DNA of 22,372 nucleotides from Parachlamydiales bacterium (GTDB lineage Bacteria; Chlamydiota; Chlamydiia; Chlamydiales; SM23-39): NCBI GenBank assembly GCA_050302075.1, contig JBNLAH010000009.1, positions 1 to 22,372 of the forward strand, read 5' to 3'. Shown piece by piece: positions 17,638 to 22,372 of this stretch (position 1 is its first letter; each line of letters starts with the position of its first letter). The notes under the pieces were generated by a model. It saw only the letters and a program-made list of their open reading frames with translations, ran no database searches and was not told where the DNA came from. The position numbers and the translations under genes were made by a program.

Positions 17638-18923
17638 AAAAAGAAAAATTGGCTTTTTATGCGATGTTTTTTTTTACATCATGTTTTCGTTTCTTCCCAA
17701 TTAAGCTAATTCATCTTTTGGGCAAAGCTTTAGGTTTTTTTCTGTATTTTATCTTAAAGGATTTCAGAAAGAGAACACTTAGCAATTTATCACTAGCGAA
17801 AGAACTTTCGCTTTCCAATAAACAAATAAAAAAAATTGCTATTAAATCTTTTCAAAATTTGGCAATCAATTGCCTTGAATATTCAAAGTTCTATTTTCTG
17901 AAGAATTTTGACAAAGTGATCTTTTGTGAAAATCCTGATACTGCTGAAAAATTATATCAAAAGGGACAAGGAATAATTTTCTTTTGTGCCCACCAATCAA
18001 ACTGGGAAGCCTTGTTTTTAGATGGTAATATCAAAATGAAAGGAGTGGCCATTGGAAAACCTTTTAAAAATAAGTCACTATATAAATGGATAGTATCTAT
18101 CAGAGAAAAAACAGGAGGAAAAATAGTAGAGCCAAAAGATGCAATTAAAGCAGGGCTCAAGTCATTAAGAAAAGGATTATTTTTTGGAATACTGTGTGAT
18201 CAAGGAATGCCTGAAAGTAATTACATATATCCTTTTTTAGGTAGGAATGCTAAGAACTCTACAGCCCCAGCTCTTTTAGCATATAAAACAAATAGCCCAA
18301 TAATAGTCGCAACTACTAAAAGAAAAAATGGAAAATATATTATCCACTATTCAGATCCAATCTGGCCAAATTTGTCCAACCCGATTGACAAAGACATAAA
18401 AAGGATGATGGATAAATCACTTTATATACTTGAAGAGAGCGTAAAAAAAGCTCCATCAGAATGGCTCTGGCAGCATAACAGATGGAAAACTCAATCACCT
18501 AAAAATGTGTATCGCAAGTTCAGGCATGACAGCATCTGTATAATTATTGATAAAACGTTTGATGAAAATGCATACCCTCTTTCAGTTTTCAGAGAAATTT
18601 ATACAGACGACTATTTGCATCTTATGTCACCTAAAGATTACCCGCTACAGAGTGCAAATATTTTTAGCGATATAATGTATTACCAAAAAAAAGAAGAATT
18701 ATTTAGATATGATTATCGTTTCAAAATAATTTATAACTTCACAGAAATTAAATCACTAAAACGTCATTATTTAAAGTTAAGTGCCTTTGAAGTATTATCG
18801 ATTAATGATATTTATAAGTATGCTATGATTCACTCTTCTGACTGGCAAAACCTTCCTTTTCCAGATATTTTAAAGCGAGCTATTTGCCGTCCAAACACTT
18901 TATGGTCGAAAAATGCCTCATAA
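17628..18923 (+). CDS. htrB: Lipid A late acyltransferase (LpxL/HtrB family) with a ~140-aa C-terminal extension
   Basis: AHQSNWE (HxxxxE/D), CDQ, PFLG, PALLA, WLWQHNRWK. Confidence 0.9.
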   Translation: MRIKKEKLAFYAMFFFTSCFRFFPIKLIHLLGKALGFFLYFILKDFRKRTLSNLSLAKELSLSNKQIKKIAIKSFQNLAINCLEYSKFYFLKNFDKVIFCENPDTAEKLYQKGQGIIFFCAHQSNWEALFLDGNIKMKGVAIGKPFKNKSLYKWIVSIREKTGGKIVEPKDAIKAGLKSLRKGLFFGILCDQGMPESNYIYPFLGRNAKNSTAPALLAYKTNSPIIVATTKRKNGKYIIHYSDPIWPNLSNPIDKDIKRMMDKSLYILEESVKKAPSEWLWQHNRWKTQSPKNVYRKFRHDSICIIIDKTFDENAYPLSVFREIYTDDYLHLMSPKDYPLQSANIFSDIMYYQKKEELFRYDYRFKIIYNFTEIKSLKRHYLKLSAFEVLSINDIYKYAMIHSSDWQNLPFPDILKRAICRPNTLWSKNAS

Positions 18924-19626
18924 TCGTTTTTTTTCAACAAAAGAATTAAAAAAAGCCCAAGAAATTATTCTTGAAGATGATGAGCTAAAGCATTTCAGAG
19001 TAATGCGTCTGGAAGAAGGAGAGGACTGCGAGGTAGTCAATGGTAAGCACCAGCTAGCGACCGCTGAGATTAAAGACATTAAAAAATCACAAGTTACGCT
19101 TGTAATTAAGAAAGTGATTAAACAAGATCCCCCTTCACAAAATGTTTTGTGTATACCATTCTTAAAAGCCAAAAAATTAGAGCTAATCCTAGAAAAGGCG
19201 ACGGAGCTTTCTATTACAGAATTTTGGATCTACAAAGCAGATAAATCAGAAATAAAAGAACTAAAAAAAAGCCAAATTGAAAGATTTGAAAAGATACTGA
19301 TTTCAGCTTTAAAGCAATGTGGCAGACTCGATTTTCCCAAACTAATGTTTTATGATTCTATTCAAAAAATACCAAACTTTAATGGATTAAAATTTTACGG
19401 CGACACATCAGAAGATGCTCCACTATTTTATCATCATCTTACAAACGATAAGCCTAAAGTTGCTATAATTGGACCTGAAAGTGGGCTTTCTCAAAAAGAG
19501 ATAGCTTATTTAAAAAAAATAAATTTTATAGGAGTAAAACTTTCTGAGTTTATTCTAAGGGCTGAGACTGCAGCCATTGCTTCAGCATCTTTGATGTCAC
19601 ATGCTTCACTTATCCGCGATAAATAA
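18913..19626 (+). CDS. rsmE: 16S rRNA m3U1498 methyltransferase
   Basis: HFRVMRL, EKATEL, SALKQCGR, IGPESGLS, ILRAETAA SPOUT motifs. Confidence 0.95.
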   Translation: MPHNRFFSTKELKKAQEIILEDDELKHFRVMRLEEGEDCEVVNGKHQLATAEIKDIKKSQVTLVIKKVIKQDPPSQNVLCIPFLKAKKLELILEKATELSITEFWIYKADKSEIKELKKSQIERFEKILISALKQCGRLDFPKLMFYDSIQKIPNFNGLKFYGDTSEDAPLFYHHLTNDKPKVAIIGPESGLSQKEIAYLKKINFIGVKLSEFILRAETAAIASASLMSHASLIRDK

Positions 19627-21367
19627 GACCTTTTTTAGGGTCCATAGTAACTATCTCACCTTCTTTTAAAGTATCTAAAGCTGAGTCAGCTCTTATAATT
19701 ACAGGGATATCAAATGTCTTAGCAACTAAAAGAGTATATTTTTCTGATGGGAAGTCATTAACGTTATTCTGCAAGATAATTCCTTTGGCATGTTTTAGAA
19801 GAGGTAAAAAGGAATTGTCACAACGAGGGATAATGACTAATTTATCTTCGGTATCAAAAGGACTATATCCTTCTGGGGAAAGCACTATTTTTATCTCTCC
19901 ATCTACTTTATGACCAATGCCGTTTTTTCCTCGAACTAATACATCCCCAATACTTTCAACAATCATCATATTAGTAGAACCTACCTTTCCAAAAGGTGAC
20001 CCGGCAGTAACAATAACTAGATCTCCAAAATGCAAAAAATTTCTCTCTAAAGCAAATTTTTTTACAATTTCAAAAGCCTCTCTTTTATTTTTGCAACTTT
20101 CCACATAAATGGGTACAACCCCCCAAATAAAAGCAAGTTGATAATATATCTTTTTGTTTTGGGTGAGGGCAAAAATAGGCATATTTGGCCTTAACCTTGA
20201 CATTAGCTTTGCTGTGAATCCACTGCTGGTATAAGCAAAAATTGCTTTTGCATTTGCACTATATGCAGTTTTTACAGCAGCTAAAGCTACAGCTGACGAT
20301 ATATCGTGATATTCCCTATATGACTGTTCTTTAAAAAACTCTTTGTAGTTAAAATCAGCTTCTGTGCTTTTGGCAATCGACTTCATTTGCTTGACAGACT
20401 CAATTGGGTAATTTCCGACAGCAGTCTCACCTGATAGCATAACTGCAGAGGAAGAGTCATAAATTGCATTTGCAACATCAGATACCTCAGCTCTAGTAGG
20501 TCTGGGATTTAAAATCATAGACTCTAGCATCTGAGTTGCCGTCACCACAGGTCTACATGAATGATAGCACTTTTTTATCATCATTTTTTGCAATTTAGGC
20601 ACAGTACTAAGATCTAGTTCAACTCCTAAGTCCCCTCTTGCGATCATAATCCCATCAGATGCTTGCAAGATACTATCAAAATTATCAACACCTTGGCTGT
20701 TTTCAATTTTAGCAATTACCAAAATGTCTGATTTTCCTTGTTTATGAATCAATTCCTTAATTTCTAAAACATGCTCAGAAGAACGAATGAAAGATGCTGC
20801 TACTATGTCGATATCTTGAGAACATCCAAATATCAGATCATCTATATCTTTTTTAGTCATAGCTGGCAGATTGAGCTCTGCATCAGGTATATTAACGCCT
20901 TTATTAGACTTTAAAATTCCATGGTTTTGGATTTCCACAACAGTTTCAAGGTCGCCCTTGTTAATAACAGTTGATATTACATAACCATCATCAAACAATA
21001 TTTTCATTCCTTTTTGAACTGTTTCCAGCACACTAAAGGGGTTAATTGTCACTTGACTTTCATCTTTTAAATCTGGATTTTGAACAAGTCTTAAGCTCTG
21101 ACCTGGTTTTACTTGGAGTGCATCATTTTTAATCTTACCAAGACGTATTTCAGGACCTTTGGTATCTAGCATAATAGCTAAAGGAACGTTTAACTCATCT
21201 CTTGCAGCTTTTAGATATTGAATAGTTTGCAAGTGCTGATCATGAGTTCCATGACTAAAGTTTAACCGAGCTACATTCATGCCAGCTTTTACTAGCTCGA
21301 TAATTTTTTCTTTTGAATTAACTGCAGGCCCGATTGTGGCTATTATTTTCGTGCGGATATAATCCAT
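19610..21367 (-). CDS. pyk: Pyruvate kinase with an extra C-terminal PEP-utilizer (swivel)-like domain
   Basis: RTKIIATIGP, ARLNFSHG, LDTKGPEIR, IAKIEN, ARGDLG, TATQMLESM, PTRAEVSD, MLSGETA; 585 aa. Confidence 0.98.
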   Translation of the reverse strand: MDYIRTKIIATIGPAVNSKEKIIELVKAGMNVARLNFSHGTHDQHLQTIQYLKAARDELNVPLAIMLDTKGPEIRLGKIKNDALQVKPGQSLRLVQNPDLKDESQVTINPFSVLETVQKGMKILFDDGYVISTVINKGDLETVVEIQNHGILKSNKGVNIPDAELNLPAMTKKDIDDLIFGCSQDIDIVAASFIRSSEHVLEIKELIHKQGKSDILVIAKIENSQGVDNFDSILQASDGIMIARGDLGVELDLSTVPKLQKMMIKKCYHSCRPVVTATQMLESMILNPRPTRAEVSDVANAIYDSSSAVMLSGETAVGNYPIESVKQMKSIAKSTEADFNYKEFFKEQSYREYHDISSAVALAAVKTAYSANAKAIFAYTSSGFTAKLMSRLRPNMPIFALTQNKKIYYQLAFIWGVVPIYVESCKNKREAFEIVKKFALERNFLHFGDLVIVTAGSPFGKVGSTNMMIVESIGDVLVRGKNGIGHKVDGEIKIVLSPEGYSPFDTEDKLVIIPRCDNSFLPLLKHAKGIILQNNVNDFPSEKYTLLVAKTFDIPVIIRADSALDTLKEGEIVTMDPKKGLIYRG

Positions 21368-21689
21368 ATTTTAATCACTTCCTTAAATTTACATTAGCAA
21401 AAAGTCTAAAAGCTTCAAAGGAACTTATTATAAAAAATGTGCCTGGATAAAAATTAAATATAATAATTTTATTCTTTTCAAAAGAAATTGTAGCTCTTTA
21501 ATCAAAAAATAAATTTTTAAGCGATCCTGTCCATTAAATATCTCAAAAGATTCTCAAATTTCAGCTTTCAAGACTTTAACTGTTAAGCATTCTTGCATCA
21601 AAGCAGAAAAACCAATTTATAACATAAACTCCAAGAACAAAAAAAGAGTTGTTTTAATTAAATATTTAAATCACAAAATTGTTATTTAT

Positions 21690-21718
21690 TTGAATTATAT
21701 TGTTTTATCACCTATAAT
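21690..21718 (+). promoter_or_regulatory. Near-consensus sigma70/66 promoter for the orphan ORF at 21752
   Basis: TTGAAT (21690-21695), 17 nt, TATAAT (21713-21718). Confidence 0.55.
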
Positions 21719-21751
21719 TTTTACATTATTAATAATGTTAATTTAATTATT

Positions 21752-22372
21752 ATGCTAATAAGTTCTCAAAAAAATCCTAATCAACCGAATTTACAAGGCT
21801 TTAAAAGTTCTTCTACAAGAATCCCTGGAGCAGCCAATTCTGTACACGATTCACTAGTTAAAAGTGTAGGCTTAGATATTATTAACTTGCTTCTAGGGAC
21901 ATTTAAAATTCTTCAAGATAATTATCATAGATTACTTAAAGTAAAGATAGAACTAACCTCTATAAAAAATTTAATTAAAAAAAATCAACCTACTATTCTC
22001 AAAACAGCTTTGACAGGAGTTGGCACAACTGGTTTAATAGCACTTGGATATAAATCTTCAATACAAGGTTCTCAAATAGAACTCCTATCAAATATACCAA
22101 AGTTAGCATCAGGAATATGTTTACTACCAGTTATCTATGGTTTAAGTTCACTAGTGCTAAAGAGAAAAGATAAGAAAAATTCAAGCTTAAGTGCTTTACC
22201 CGTAGGCTTACTTGCTACTATTGGTTGTTTTTCTGACGAGCGAACCACAAGCAGCTTTAATGTTGCTGTAAAATTAAGCAGAGAAAAATTTATAAAGAGA
22301 AAAAATGCTCTAGCAAAACAATCTATCAATAAAATTAAAGAGTCTGAAGAATGTAATAAAGCTTTTGGCGCA
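21752..22372 (+). CDS. Orphan membrane-associated protein, 3'-truncated by the window edge (at least 207 aa)
   Basis: Hand translation is stop-free for 207 codons: MLISSQKNPNQPNLQGFKSSSTRIPGAANS...TALTGVGTTGLIALGY...LASGICLLPVIYGLSSLVL-KRKDKK...LSALPVGLLATIGCF... It is missing from the ORF track because it has no stop in the window. Confidence 0.85.
   Translation, partial: MLISSQKNPNQPNLQGFKSSSTRIPGAANSVHDSLVKSVGLDIINLLLGTFKILQDNYHRLLKVKIELTSIKNLIKKNQPTILKTALTGVGTTGLIALGYKSSIQGSQIELLSNIPKLASGICLLPVIYGLSSLVLKRKDKKNSSLSALPVGLLATIGCFSDERTTSSFNVAVKLSREKFIKRKNALAKQSINKIKESEECNKAFGA

Noticed and set aside
17667..17675. T9 tract near the 5' end of lpxL as a phase-variation site
   Set aside because: A/T runs of 8-9 nt are common throughout this window and the ORF is in frame.
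714..22329. Short ORFs of 62-105 aa in the track (714, 1553, 2655, 3184, 7190, 8411, 9388, 11151, 12366, 13641, 14793, 15347, 16418, 17040, 17957, 18918, 19917, 22135)
   Set aside because: All lie antisense to longer, well-supported genes and show no recognisable motifs; they are shadow ORFs.
1..22372. CRISPR arrays, IS elements, prophage or defence genes
   Set aside because: No regularly spaced repeats, transposase, integrase or phage-like ORFs were found; nearly all the sequence is accounted for by the listed genes.

Overview
AT-rich chromosomal segment from a member of the Chlamydiota, probably an environmental chlamydia. This is inferred from the gene order (htrB/lpxL-ybbR-dacA next to cydAB; murB-nusB near infC-rpmI-rplT-pheS without pheT) and from protein features. 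Most of the window is housekeeping: a translation operon bracketed by tRNA-Val(GAC) and tRNA-Ser(TGA), an SDR, a YtqB/MnmM-like methyltransferase, folC, a PHP hydrolase, murB, nusB, dps, a DEDDh exonuclease, cydAB, a tightly coupled folP-dacA-ybbR-GT4-lpxL-rsmE operon, and pyk. Two observations stand out. (1) The gene in the classic thrS slot before infC is an intact 483-aa ORF with the ThrRS fold. It has lost almost all editing, Zn-binding and motif-2 catalytic residues but keeps the anticodon-reading residues, so it is a candidate pseudo-synthetase, and a real tRNA ends only 9 nt before its ATG. (2) Both window ends run into outward-facing, mutually homologous orphan genes that the ORF track missed. 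They share an N-terminal MLIxxQKNxNQxxLQxFKSS motif. The longer one has several hydrophobic segments and shares a promoter-region motif with a third orphan membrane-protein gene, suggesting an expanded family of secreted or inclusion-membrane-like proteins.
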